A DNA stretch of 64,000 nt from Eubacteriales bacterium (GTDB lineage: Bacteria > Bacillota > Clostridia > Oscillospirales > CAG-272), in assembly GCA_045644805.1 (NCBI GenBank), contig JAZRHO010000026.1, forward strand, positions 1,483-65,482, in the 5' to 3' direction. Both the position numbers and the translations under genes were made by a program. Shown piece after piece: positions 17,482 through 26,824 of this stretch; within the stretch, counting starts at the first letter, position 1; every line of letters starts with the position of its first letter. The notes under the pieces are model-generated. The model searched no databases and was not told the origin of the DNA. It saw only the letters and a program-made list of their open reading frames with translations.

Positions 17482-18141
17482 TTGAATACGAAAAACAAAA
17501 TTCTCGCCGCAACAAAAAATTTACTTCTTATCTCGGTGGGAACGGTAATCATCGCCTTCGGAACTGCTGTATTTACAGTACAGTTTGACCTTGTTACCGG
17601 TGGAATAGCAGGTCTTGCGATAATTCTGGATAAGCTTATACCTATATCTTGGCTCGGTATTGATTTGATAGTAGCTGTTTTAACATGGACTCTTTTTGTG
17701 TTTGGACTTTTTACGCTTGGTCATGTATTTATACTGAAAACATTTGTATCAGCGCTGCTCTATCCCCCGTTTTTCTCCTTATTCCTGCGTTTCGTTTCGC
17801 CTGACATATTCGGCGGATACTTCTATCTTAAGGAAAGCGAGTACAGTCAGATAGCAATTCTCATCGCGGCAATAATCGGCGGAGCTATGGTAGGAACAGG
17901 ATGCGCACTTTCCTTTCTCGGAGGAGGGTCGACCGGCGGAACGGATATTATCGCTCTTTCCGTATGTAAATTCGTACCGCGCATCAAAACATCAAAAGTG
18001 ATTTTTGCAATTGATGCATCTATCGTTATTATCGGTATGTTTGTAATACGCGATATGACGGTATCAGTTCTCGGTATAATTTCGGCTTTCGTATGCGCTT
18101 TTTTTGTTGAAAAAATACAGACAAAGCAAAAAAACATATAA
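17482..18141 (+). CDS. YitT-family membrane protein
   Basis: Multi-pass hydrophobic profile and the GGGSTGGTDIIAL motif. TTG start as in the track. Confidence 0.75.
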   Translation: MNTKNKILAATKNLLLISVGTVIIAFGTAVFTVQFDLVTGGIAGLAIILDKLIPISWLGIDLIVAVLTWTLFVFGLFTLGHVFILKTFVSALLYPPFFSLFLRFVSPDIFGGYFYLKESEYSQIAILIAAIIGGAMVGTGCALSFLGGGSTGGTDIIALSVCKFVPRIKTSKVIFAIDASIVIIGMFVIRDMTVSVLGIISAFVCAFFVEKIQTKQKNI

Positions 18142-18149
18142 AAGAACAG

Positions 18150-18186
18150 GAGACACTGTAAAAATTCGGTGTCTCTTATTGTTTTT
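18150..18186 (+). terminator. Terminator candidate after the YitT-family gene
   Basis: gagacac / gtgtctc is a 7-bp stem with a 12-nt loop, followed by ttattgttttt. Confidence 0.55.
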
Positions 18187-18259
18187 ACCGATTGACATTT
18201 CCAAAAAATACTGTTATACTATATTATATTGATTTTTAATATTTTAGAAGGGCAGGCTT

Positions 18260-19294
18260 ATGGCAAAAAGATTTCCAAAACTTTTAGGAAACGAAGATAC
18301 AAAGCTTCGTCTTTCCAATGCTATTATAAATTCTGCTTTTCCGCATGCGTTAATGATTGTAGGACCTGAAGGCTCGGGAAAGCATACCCTGGCAACCGAG
18401 ATAGCCGCAGCTATGAACTGCGAAAATGCAGCCGCCCAAAATTTTGATTTACCTTGCGGAATTTGCAATAGATGTAAAAGAATATATTCGGAAAATTTCC
18501 CCGATATAAGCACGCTTTCGCGCGTATCCGGGAAAGCTACGATAGGCGTTGAGGAAATACGTGACTTCCGAGAGGATATGTTTCTTTCCCCTACCGAGTC
18601 TATGTACAAATTTTACATTATTGAAGACTCCGATTTTATGACTCCCGCAGCTCAAAACGCGCTCCTTAAAGTGCTTGAAGAGCCGCCTCAAAACGTGCAC
18701 ATTATTCTGCTTTGCACAGAGTCGGACAAAATACTTACGACTATAAAAAGCAGAACTCAGTTGGTACAAACCGAGATATTTGAATACGATGAGCTTCTCT
18801 CCCACATTCTGAAGCTTTCGGATACCGCAAAGAGCCTATCGTACAATACGCAGAACAAGCTTAAAGGCATACTGCTCTCTTCCGGCGGAGTTATTGGAAA
18901 AGCTCTTTCAATGCTTGACGAAAAGCATATTTCGGAAATTGAAGCGTCGAGGTCTGCTATTCGCTCGTTTATAGAAGCAATTCCCAAAAAGGCTCCGTTT
19001 TCAAAGCTCTATTCCGCTACCGCAGCCTTACCTCAAAAGCGAGACGAGTTGAGAAAAATGCTCGAGGATATAAGAAACGCTATTCGGGATATGATAGCAA
19101 TAAAGGTTGCCGATGAAATTACGCCTATTTTCTTTTTATCAAGAGAGGAAGCGGAAGAAATTTCCGGTGGAATAGGAAAAAGAAGACTTATAGCAATTTA
19201 CGACATAATAACAGAAGCACTGAACGATATAGATAAAAATGTTATTATACCGCCATTGCTTACCGATATAGCCGTGAAAATAAAAGAAGCTTAA
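18260..19294 (+). CDS. holB: DNA polymerase III subunit delta'
   Basis: GPEGSGKHTLA Walker A, zinc module CGICNRCKRI, and AQNALLKVLEEPP. Confidence 0.9.
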   Translation: MAKRFPKLLGNEDTKLRLSNAIINSAFPHALMIVGPEGSGKHTLATEIAAAMNCENAAAQNFDLPCGICNRCKRIYSENFPDISTLSRVSGKATIGVEEIRDFREDMFLSPTESMYKFYIIEDSDFMTPAAQNALLKVLEEPPQNVHIILLCTESDKILTTIKSRTQLVQTEIFEYDELLSHILKLSDTAKSLSYNTQNKLKGILLSSGGVIGKALSMLDEKHISEIEASRSAIRSFIEAIPKKAPFSKLYSATAALPQKRDELRKMLEDIRNAIRDMIAIKVADEITPIFFLSREEAEEISGGIGKRRLIAIYDIITEALNDIDKNVIIPPLLTDIAVKIKEA

Positions 19295-19330
19295 TACGGA
19301 TAATCGTTTTTACGAAAGGAAAATTATCAA

Positions 19331-20263
19331 GTGGAAAACAAGGATAAGATAAATCAGGAACAAAAAAATTCGCCTCCGGAAAACGAAGCTTTGGATACCG
19401 AAATAGTAGGAATTAGATTCAAAGAGGCAGGTAAGATTTACTATTTTGCTCCGGGAAAGCTCACCCTTTCCGAAGGTCAGAAGGTCATTGTTGATACCGC
19501 CAGAGGCACAGAAATGGGAACGGTCAAAATTGCCAATAAAAAAATCCCTTCCTCCGAAGTGGTGTCTCCTTTGAAAACCGTTACAAGAATAGCGACTAAG
19601 GAAGATATACTTCACGATGAAAAAAATCACGATGCTGAATTTGAGGCTGCAATAATCTGCAAAAAGAAAATAGCGGCTCACGGACTCGGTATGCGTCTGG
19701 TTTCGGTTGAATATACCTTTGATAATTCAAAGCTTATATTCTATTTCACTTGCGAATCGCGCGTTGACTTCCGTGAGCTTGTTAAAGACCTTGCGGCAAC
19801 GTTCCGCACAAGAATAGAGCTTCGCCAGATAGGAATAAGAGACGCCGCAAAGCTTATGGGCGGCCTTGGTGTATGCGGAAGAAAATATTGCTGCGCGGGC
19901 TTCTTATCGGATTTTGTTCAAGTAAGCATAAAAATGGCAAAGGAACAGAACTTCTCTTTAAATTCCGCCAAGGTATCCGGTGCTTGCGGAAGACTTATGT
20001 GTTGCCTGCGTTATGAGCACGAGGTTTATGATGAAGCATTGAAGGTTACTCCGCCTGTTGGCACGGTGGTTCTTACAAACGACGGAGAAGGTACGGTAAT
20101 TGAAATAAAGCCTCTTGCATCGGAGGTCAAGGTAAAAATAACCTCAAACGATAAAGAGATTATTAAGTCTTACAGCGTAAAAGATTTAAAGATACTCAAA
20201 ACTCCAAAAAAAGCAAAAAACAAAGCGTCTGAAGACGATGAAGATGACATTGTTGAAGATTAA
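19331..20263 (+). CDS. ricT: PSP1-domain protein YaaT/RicT (stage 0 sporulation / RNase Y regulator)
   Basis: KFKEAGKIYYFAPG N-terminus, the cysteine cluster CGRKYCCAGFL...CGRLMCCLRYE, and the holB-yaaT synteny seen in Bacillus. Confidence 0.9.
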   Translation: MENKDKINQEQKNSPPENEALDTEIVGIRFKEAGKIYYFAPGKLTLSEGQKVIVDTARGTEMGTVKIANKKIPSSEVVSPLKTVTRIATKEDILHDEKNHDAEFEAAIICKKKIAAHGLGMRLVSVEYTFDNSKLIFYFTCESRVDFRELVKDLAATFRTRIELRQIGIRDAAKLMGGLGVCGRKYCCAGFLSDFVQVSIKMAKEQNFSLNSAKVSGACGRLMCCLRYEHEVYDEALKVTPPVGTVVLTNDGEGTVIEIKPLASEVKVKITSNDKEIIKSYSVKDLKILKTPKKAKNKASEDDEDDIVED

Positions 20264-20310
20264 TATCTTAAATAAAATCCTCGCCTTTCGATACTTTTTT
20301 TGAAAACCCC

Positions 20311-20338
20311 TTGATTTTTTTCACAAATATGTTACAAT
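20311..20338 (+). promoter_or_regulatory. Sigma-A promoter for the ferredoxin gene
   Basis: TTGATT (20311-20316), 16 nt, TACAAT (20333-20338), with TGt at the extended -10 position. Confidence 0.55.
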
Positions 20339-20374
20339 AGAGTAGACCAATAAATTTATGGAGGTATTTTTACA

Positions 20375-20545
20375 ATGGCATACAAGATTTCTGATGAATG
20401 CATTGCTTGCGGCGCTTGCGCTGAGGCATGCCCTGTTGGATGCATCTCCGAAGGTGACGGCAAGTACGTTATCAACGCTGACGAGTGCGTAAGCTGCGGC
20501 TCTTGCGCTGAGGCTTGCCCTGTAGGTGCTCCTGCTGAGGAGTAA
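20375..20545 (+). CDS. fdx: Clostridial-type 2x[4Fe-4S] ferredoxin (56 aa)
   Basis: Below the ORF-track size cutoff. Hand translation gives MAYKISDECIACGACAEACPVGCISEGDGKYVINADECVSCGSCAEACPVGAPAEE, with two CxxCxxCxxxCP motifs. GGAGG RBS at 20360-20364. Confidence 0.9.
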   Translation: MAYKISDECIACGACAEACPVGCISEGDGKYVINADECVSCGSCAEACPVGAPAEE

Positions 20546-20569
20546 TTACCGACGCCGGCATATTACTAT

Positions 20570-20600
20570 GGGTTGAGTTCGCGCTCAACCCTTATTTTAT
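20570..20600 (+). terminator. Rho-independent terminator of the ferredoxin gene
   Basis: gggttgag / ctcaaccc is an 8-bp perfect stem with loop ttcgcg, followed by ttattttatt. Confidence 0.75.
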
Positions 20601-20614
20601 TACTGGAGAGCTTT

Positions 20615-21370
20615 ATGACAAATATTTATAAGGATGAGCGCATTGACGAGGTCAACGACGCGTTAAAGCTTATACAAAAAACCGACGGACTTACATTTGG
20701 AACAGATGCGCTTTTGCTTGCAGGATACATAACGGCAAAGGGCGCGAAAGGTCTTGAGCTCGGAGCAGGAAGCGGAATAATATCAATGCTTCTGCTATCG
20801 AGAAATAAGCTTTCCCATGCAACGGCGCTTGAGGTACAAGAGGAATACGCAATTCTTACAAAGAGAAACGCTGAGCTTAATGAACTTTCGCAAAGGCTTT
20901 CCTCTGTTCACACAGATATCCGTGATTTCAAGACAAGCGAAAGCTTCGATATTGTCTACACAAATCCACCGTATATGACGGTAGGAAGCGGAAGAGCGAA
21001 TGCACTTACGAAGAAAAACCTTGCCCGCCACGAGGTAATGGGAGATATCGGCGATTTTTGTGCCTGCGCAAAAAAATATCTTAAGTACGGCGGTATTTTT
21101 TCAGCGGTCTTCCGTCCCGACCGATTGGTGGATTTAATAGATGCTATGAGACGGTGTTCTCTTGAGCCGAAAAGAATGACCTTTGTTCATGCTGATACGG
21201 AATCCGAAGCATCTATGGTGCTGGTAGAAGCAAAAGCGGGAGGAAAATGCGGCATGAAGCTTACACCGCCCTTGATAATATACAGCGACCACGAACATAA
21301 GAAATATACAGATGATATGGATCATATAATGGAAAACGGCAGTTTCCCCGATAAATACAAAAGGATGTAA
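20615..21370 (+). CDS. tRNA (adenine37-N6)-methyltransferase-like SAM-dependent methyltransferase (YabB/TrmN6 family)
   Basis: LELGAGSGIIS SAM motif and the TNPPYM catalytic motif. The ATG at 20615 has a GGAGAG RBS. The track's TTG start at 20573 lies inside the upstream terminator. Confidence 0.8.
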   Translation: MTNIYKDERIDEVNDALKLIQKTDGLTFGTDALLLAGYITAKGAKGLELGAGSGIISMLLLSRNKLSHATALEVQEEYAILTKRNAELNELSQRLSSVHTDIRDFKTSESFDIVYTNPPYMTVGSGRANALTKKNLARHEVMGDIGDFCACAKKYLKYGGIFSAVFRPDRLVDLIDAMRRCSLEPKRMTFVHADTESEASMVLVEAKAGGKCGMKLTPPLIIYSDHEHKKYTDDMDHIMENGSFPDKYKRM

Positions 21371-21375
21371 TCCCG

Positions 21376-22248
21376 ATGAGCATACAGGAAAAAAACAAGA
21401 CCGAAAAATCTACCCTTTATCTGGTAGCGACTCCGATAGGCAATCTTTCCGATATTTCCGAGCGCGCCATAAAGGTGCTTTCCGAGGTTGACTTTATTGC
21501 CGCAGAGGATACAAGAAACAGCTTAAAGCTTCTGACCTGCCTTGGAATAAAAAAAGAGCTCATAAGCTACCACGAACACAACAAAAAGGCAAGCGGAGAG
21601 CGTATTACGTCAAGAATTCTCGCAGGAGAGAGCTGTGCTTTAATTACAGATGCAGGCATGCCTGCTATAAGCGACCCCGGTGAGGATATAGTCAGACTTT
21701 GCGCTGATATGGGTATAAGAGTATCGGTTATTCCAGGGGCTTGCGCGGCGGTTTCTGCGCTCTCGCTCTCCGCTCTTGCAACAAGACGCTTCTGCTTTGA
21801 GGGATTCTTATCACCTATAAAAAATGAAAGAGAAAAGCGACTTGCAAATCTTAAAAGCGAGGAGCGCACTATGATAATTTACGAGGCTCCTCACAAGCTA
21901 AAATCCACTCTTTCAGACCTTTGCCGCACGTTCGGCGGTGAAAGAAAAATATCCCTTTGCAGAGAGCTCACAAAATTAAACGAAGAAATAATCAGAACTA
22001 CACTTTCGGAAGCTGTGAAATACTACGAGGAAAACGCGCCTCGCGGAGAATACGTGCTTATACTGGAAGGTGCTGAGGAAGCAAAATCGATAATCGCAGA
22101 AGAAAATCCCCTCATCTCCCTCTCCCCCGAGGAACACGTCTTGCACTATGAAAGAGCAGGACTTGCAAGAATGGACGCAATTAAGGCTGCGGCTAAGGAC
22201 CGGGGTATGTCAAAATCCGAGCTCTATAAGATTTTAAACAACACTTAA
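21376..22248 (+). CDS. rsmI: 16S rRNA (cytidine1402-2'-O)-methyltransferase
   Basis: LYLVATPIGNLSDISERA N-terminus, FIAAEDTR and YEAPHKL blocks. Confidence 0.93.
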   Translation: MSIQEKNKTEKSTLYLVATPIGNLSDISERAIKVLSEVDFIAAEDTRNSLKLLTCLGIKKELISYHEHNKKASGERITSRILAGESCALITDAGMPAISDPGEDIVRLCADMGIRVSVIPGACAAVSALSLSALATRRFCFEGFLSPIKNEREKRLANLKSEERTMIIYEAPHKLKSTLSDLCRTFGGERKISLCRELTKLNEEIIRTTLSEAVKYYEENAPRGEYVLILEGAEEAKSIIAEENPLISLSPEEHVLHYERAGLARMDAIKAAAKDRGMSKSELYKILNNT

Positions 22249-22258
22249 GTAATAAAAA

Positions 22259-22310
22259 GGTTGACAACGGTATTTCTGCGATATAGCAGATAGCGTTGCC
22301 AACCCTTTTT
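22259..22310. terminator. Bidirectional terminator between rsmI and the M28 peptidase gene
   Basis: ggttgacaacg / cgttgccaacc (1 mismatch) encloses an inner tctgc/gcaga hairpin. Flanked by A5 and T5 runs. Confidence 0.65.
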
Positions 22311-22311
22311 A

Positions 22312-23259
22312 TTAAAGCTGCTTTGCAAAGGATACCGCTCCGCTGACAAGATAACTGATATTTTCCTCATTGTAAACAGTATCGTTTTTTGTATGGATTT
22401 TATTCATATAAAGAATTCCGAATCTATGGCTTCTCTTAAGCGCGGCAACACCGACACCTATTGGAAATTTTGCCTGGTCAGATGGATAAAACACTCCTTT
22501 TGACGCAAATTCGGTTGTATACTTATCATTGCCCGGGAAAGCCGACCGAAGAGAGTCCTCGTAACATTTTGATTTTTTCTTCAAAACAAACAGTATGTGC
22601 TCTCCGTCGCTTACACAATCAAAATTCACTATGAGCTTACCCTTCATCGCTTCTTTATGAGCCGCGTAAAAAGAGGAAGAGCCTACAAGTCCAACTTCTT
22701 CAAGGTCAAAGAAGATGAATGCGACTTTGTTCCGAAGCTCTTCGGGAAGCGCCTGCATTGTATCGGTAAGCACAGTGACTCCCGAGGTATTATCGTTTGC
22801 GGTATGAGGATTCGCAGGACCCATCATCATAAGGTACAAAAGAGCAAGCAAGCATACGTATGCTAAAAACGCTGATGCCGATGAGGCTATTTGCTCATCA
22901 ACCCTAGCAAGTGAAAGCGACGTACCGATAATTATACCGAATATACAAGGTATTCCAATAAGAACTGCGGATATTATAACCTGATACAGTATGTATATAA
23001 AGATATTTTTCGGGGTTATAAAATTTGGGAAAGGCAGTCGGGGACACGTATCATAATGCGCGGTATACACAACCTTTGCAGAATCGGGGTCGCCTATAAC
23101 AATATTCCGTGCTTTCAAACCAGACCTCGATGCTTCAACACGGCATGAATATCCGTTTTTTTCTGCAAAGCCCTTAATATACTCTATAAATTCGCCCTTT
23201 TGCTTTTTAGTCTTTCTCACTTCATATTTTTCAAAAATTTCTTTTGTTGTCTCTGTCAT
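22312..23259 (-). CDS. Membrane-associated M28-family metallopeptidase
   Basis: TAHYDT, ANDNTSGV and FFDLEEVGLVGS metal-ligand blocks, with two internal TM helices. The ATG at 23259 has a GGGAG RBS. The track's longer start overlaps the upstream gene. Confidence 0.8.
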   Translation of the reverse strand: MTETTKEIFEKYEVRKTKKQKGEFIEYIKGFAEKNGYSCRVEASRSGLKARNIVIGDPDSAKVVYTAHYDTCPRLPFPNFITPKNIFIYILYQVIISAVLIGIPCIFGIIIGTSLSLARVDEQIASSASAFLAYVCLLALLYLMMMGPANPHTANDNTSGVTVLTDTMQALPEELRNKVAFIFFDLEEVGLVGSSSFYAAHKEAMKGKLIVNFDCVSDGEHILFVLKKKSKCYEDSLRSAFPGNDKYTTEFASKGVFYPSDQAKFPIGVGVAALKRSHRFGILYMNKIHTKNDTVYNEENISYLVSGAVSFAKQL

Positions 23260-23278
23260 CTTAATTCTCCCTGTGTTT

Positions 23279-24163
23279 TTACAGTCCTGTAAGGTCAAAC
23301 GGCGGTATAAAGCTCTCCGATGCAGATTCACGCTCTTGAATAAACGCATTTCTTACTCCAAGCTTTAACGCGTAATCTACAAGCTCATCATACTCAGCTC
23401 GCGTCACTCTTCTGTTTAGGGGATGAGGAATGCCGACGGGCGGAGTATATTGACTCATAAGACTTATATATATTTTATCCTTGTAGGTTTCGTAAAGATA
23501 TTTAACGTTAAGCTTTGCTTCTGCAAGATGAGACGGCAGGAGCAATACTCTCACTATAACTCCCCTCTTCATAATTCCCGATTCATCAAAAACCGCATCA
23601 CCCGCAAGCTTTACCATTTTATCAATCGCAAGACGACAAATACCTGGCAAATTTTCAGCATTTGAATATCTAAGTGCCGTTTCGCTTCGATAATATTTCA
23701 TATCGGGAAGCCATATGTCAACTGTGTTCCCAAGTAACTCAACCGTTTTCTCTGTATCGTAGGCGCTTGTATTATATACAATCGGCAGCTTAAGACCTTT
23801 TGCTCTTGCAGCTCGTACAGCATTTACTACCGACGGTGCAAAGTGAGTAGGCGTCACAAAATTTATATTGTGCGCCCCCTTTTCCTCAAGCTCAAGACAT
23901 ATCTGCGAAAGTCTTTCTTCGCTGATTTTTATTCCGCACTCACCCCTTGATATTTCCCTATTCTGACAGTATGTACAGCCGAGTGAGCATCCGCAAAAGA
24001 ATACAGTACCCGAGCCACGGGTACCTGAAATCGGAGGCTCTTCCCACATATGTAAGGACGCTCTTGCAACGGTAGGCTCTGAACTCATTTTGCAATATCC
24101 AAAAGCACCGGCAGTTCGGTCTATGCCGCACATTCGCGCGCAAAGCATGCAGTTTTTATACAT
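23279..24163 (-). CDS. Radical SAM protein (PflX / pyruvate formate-lyase activase-related)
   Basis: CGCSLGCTYCQN cluster motif. The ATG at 24163 has an AAGGAGG RBS 7 nt upstream. Confidence 0.8.
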   Translation of the reverse strand: MYKNCMLCARMCGIDRTAGAFGYCKMSSEPTVARASLHMWEEPPISGTRGSGTVFFCGCSLGCTYCQNREISRGECGIKISEERLSQICLELEEKGAHNINFVTPTHFAPSVVNAVRAARAKGLKLPIVYNTSAYDTEKTVELLGNTVDIWLPDMKYYRSETALRYSNAENLPGICRLAIDKMVKLAGDAVFDESGIMKRGVIVRVLLLPSHLAEAKLNVKYLYETYKDKIYISLMSQYTPPVGIPHPLNRRVTRAEYDELVDYALKLGVRNAFIQERESASESFIPPFDLTGL

Positions 24164-24186
24164 ATAGCGCCTCCTTTCAAAAATTC

Positions 24187-24215
24187 TTGACAAGTGCTCC
24201 AAAGTGTGATATTAT
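24187..24215 (+). promoter_or_regulatory. Sigma-A promoter for the dCMP deaminase gene
   Basis: TTGACA (24187-24192), 17 nt, TATTAT (24210-24215), with an extended -10 TG at 24207-24208. Confidence 0.7.
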
Positions 24216-24245
24216 ATATCCACATAAAAACATGGGGGTCTTACA

Positions 24246-24743
24246 ATGTCAGATAAACGAGAAAATTACATAAGCTGGGATGAATATTTTATGGGGGTCG
24301 CGCTCCTTGCCGGTGAACGCTCGAAGGACCCGAGCACTCAAGTAGGCGCTTGCATAGTTGATGAAAATAACAGAATACTTTCAACGGGCTACAATGGCTT
24401 TCCAAGAGGGTGCTCCGACGACGTATTCCCTTGGAACAGAAATCCGGAAAACGGTGAGACAAAGTATCCGTTTGTTGTCCATGCTGAGCTCAACGCTATT
24501 TTGAACAATCGAGGTAAATCTCTCTCAGATTCAAAAATATACGTTGGCCTTTTCCCCTGCCATGAATGCGCAAAGGCTATAATTCAAGCAGGAATCAAAG
24601 AAGTAATCTTCCTTTCGGATAAATATAAAAATACTGTATCTGACGAAAACTCAAGAAGAATGCTCACTTCAGCTGGAGTTAAGCTTACAAAGCTTAAAAC
24701 CAAGAGAAAAAGTATCGTTTTAAATTTGAATATAGATGAGTAA
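24246..24743 (+). CDS. comEB: Deoxycytidylate (dCMP) deaminase
   Basis: HAELNAI and PCHECAKAIIQAGI zinc-binding motifs. Confidence 0.92.
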   Translation: MSDKRENYISWDEYFMGVALLAGERSKDPSTQVGACIVDENNRILSTGYNGFPRGCSDDVFPWNRNPENGETKYPFVVHAELNAILNNRGKSLSDSKIYVGLFPCHECAKAIIQAGIKEVIFLSDKYKNTVSDENSRRMLTSAGVKLTKLKTKRKSIVLNLNIDE

Positions 24744-24780
24744 ATCAATTTAATGGATTCGTTATTTACTCTAACAACAG

Positions 24781-24822
24781 AGAGGTTTGCGCAAAATTTG
24801 CGAAAGCCTCTTTTATTTTTTA
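24781..24822 (+). terminator. Rho-independent terminator after comEB
   Basis: agaggtttgcgca / tgcgaaagcctct is a 13-position stem (1 mismatch, 1 G-U pair) with loop aaatt, then tttatttttt. Confidence 0.7.
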
Positions 24823-25961
24823 TCAAAATACGCTTTTATTTGAGAAAGAGGTGCGGTGTATGTTCCGCAAGCCATAGGAGCTCTGCCGCCGCCCTTGCCT
24901 CCTAGTGCAGCATTCGCATCACTAACTATTTCTCTGAAAGCTTCAGAAGAGTTCATAAGAATATACCTATAATCTCCCTCATTACCTGTAAGAGCAACCA
25001 GCGTTCCTTCGACCTTTTCGTGCGCGATATTGGCAAAGACTCGCAATGCGTCCATATTAAGCATTGGATAACAAAGCACGGCATTGCCGTGATGAATTGC
25101 AAGATTTTCCGCAAGAATCACAGCAGTTTCTCTGCCCATTTGTGAAAGCTTATATTCAATATTCGCCTTCGCCGAAAGAAGTCTTTCGGTTTCCGACTTT
25201 ATATCGGTGATGGGCGACGAAAGAAGGACCGAAACTCCGCTCGCCTCATCGGATATTTTCTTTATATAATCGTAGGCTCTTTTACCTGCCAGCATACGAA
25301 TACGGCTTCCCGCTTTATGCTTTACCGAATCAAGGAATTTTATAATACCTATCTCACCCGTAAAGGATACGTGAGGCGCACAGCATGCGCAGGAATCATA
25401 GCCGTCTATATCTACTATGCGTACGTCTTCGGTAAGCTCAAGCTTTGAACGGTAATTCAAGTCTGCAAGCTCATCGGGCAACGGATATTTAACCGTGATG
25501 GGAACGTTTCTATAAACGGCATCATTTGCCAACATCTCAATTCTATCAAGCATTTCACGAGTGACAACAACAGAGGTATCAAGGGTAACGTCAACACCGC
25601 CGAGATGGAATCCGACATTTTCGATACCGTATATATTATGAAGTAATCCCGATACTATGTGCTCTGCTGTATGACATTGCATTTTTTCAAATCTTTTCTC
25701 AAAATCAATCGCGCAATGAACGCTTTCATTTACATTTAAAGCATTTTTAGTGTAATGATAAACGTTTTTTTCAAGTTCCTTAACGTCAAAAACTGCAATT
25801 CCGTTTATATATCCTACATCAGAGCTTTGCCCTCCTCCTTCAGGAAAAAATGCAGTTTTGTCAAGGAGCACTTCATATCCGTTTTTTACCTTTTCACAGC
25901 TTATAACAACAGCATCGAACTCTTTTATATATGCACTTTTATTATATAGCTTTTCAGTCAT
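24813..25961 (-). CDS. AlaX-L type alanyl-tRNA editing protein (AlaRS-related, with a DHHA1 domain)
   Basis: HTAEHIVSG (HxxxH), CCAPHV (CxxxH) and the C-terminal GGKGGGRAPMACG. The ATG at 25961 overlaps the upstream gene's stop by 8 nt. Confidence 0.85.
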   Translation of the reverse strand: MTEKLYNKSAYIKEFDAVVISCEKVKNGYEVLLDKTAFFPEGGGQSSDVGYINGIAVFDVKELEKNVYHYTKNALNVNESVHCAIDFEKRFEKMQCHTAEHIVSGLLHNIYGIENVGFHLGGVDVTLDTSVVVTREMLDRIEMLANDAVYRNVPITVKYPLPDELADLNYRSKLELTEDVRIVDIDGYDSCACCAPHVSFTGEIGIIKFLDSVKHKAGSRIRMLAGKRAYDYIKKISDEASGVSVLLSSPITDIKSETERLLSAKANIEYKLSQMGRETAVILAENLAIHHGNAVLCYPMLNMDALRVFANIAHEKVEGTLVALTGNEGDYRYILMNSSEAFREIVSDANAALGGKGGGRAPMACGTYTAPLSQIKAYFDKK

Positions 25962-26652
25962 TTTTCTTTTCCCCTGTGTAAGATTTATATATTTCCTCTG
26001 AAAATTTATTCCACGGATATTCACTAACGGTAGGTATAACGGAGGCATTGATTTTCTCACCGAAAAGAGTGAATGAAAGCGAGCAGGCAAAAAGCGCGGG
26101 ATGCTTTGCGCTGAAATCTTTGCTTCCGTATTTTTTATCGCCTATAAGCGAATTTCCTCTCGATGAAAATTGCGCTCTTATCTGGTGGAATCTTCCCGTT
26201 CCAAGCTTTATAGCGCAAAGGGTGGCGTCCTGCTCCGATACTAAAATCTCGTTCCAAAGAACGGCTTCCTTTGCTCCCCGTCTCGCTGTCTTTGCTATAT
26301 ACGACTTTCCTGTCGCGCTGTCTTTGAAAAGGTAATCCCTATACTCTCCCTCGGCGCACCGACCGTGGCAAATTGCGAAATAGCGCTTATCCATTTCTCC
26401 GTCTGCGATTATACGTGAAAGCTCTGACGCGCTTTTTTTGTTTCTTGCAAAGGCTATAAGACCACCCACCGTTCTGTCAAGCCTATGAACAAGCCAAAGC
26501 GACGACTGCTCGCCAATACCGGAAAGGGCATTTGCCGCTGCGCTCATTGCATCAGCGTCGCCGGAAGGATCAGACTGCGATGGCATACCAACCAGCTTTT
26601 CAATTATAACTACATTTTTGTTTTTATAAATTATTTTGACGGAATCGGTCAT
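25954..26652 (-). CDS. RluA-family pseudouridine synthase
   Basis: HRLDRTVGGLIAFARNKK catalytic Asp block and GRFHQIRAQ. The ATG at 26652 has GGAG 7 nt upstream. Confidence 0.9.
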   Translation of the reverse strand: MTDSVKIIYKNKNVVIIEKLVGMPSQSDPSGDADAMSAAANALSGIGEQSSLWLVHRLDRTVGGLIAFARNKKSASELSRIIADGEMDKRYFAICHGRCAEGEYRDYLFKDSATGKSYIAKTARRGAKEAVLWNEILVSEQDATLCAIKLGTGRFHQIRAQFSSRGNSLIGDKKYGSKDFSAKHPALFACSLSFTLFGEKINASVIPTVSEYPWNKFSEEIYKSYTGEKKND

Positions 26653-26824
26653 TTTAATCTCCATTACTGCATGCAAAAAAATTTTTTAACCAATAAACCT
26701 GCATATTACCAATATCCGTATTTTATCACAGTTTACCCTATTTTTCAAGTATTATATAAAAAAGAGCCTGCTCAAAATTGCAAAATCGAGCAAGCTCTTT
26801 AAATAAAGAATCAAATATAAAATT

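Noticed and set aside
20573-20614. The track's TTG start for the methyltransferase ORF.
   Set aside because: These codons lie within the ferredoxin terminator hairpin and T-run. The ATG at 20615 has a proper SD.
23260-23349. N-terminal extensions in track ORFs 22312-23349, 24813-26090, 13930-14667, 58701-59141 and 61242-62492.
   Set aside because: Each extension overlaps the 3' end of the upstream gene by 40-130 nt and lacks an SD. Internal ATGs with GGAG-type SDs at gene junctions fit better.
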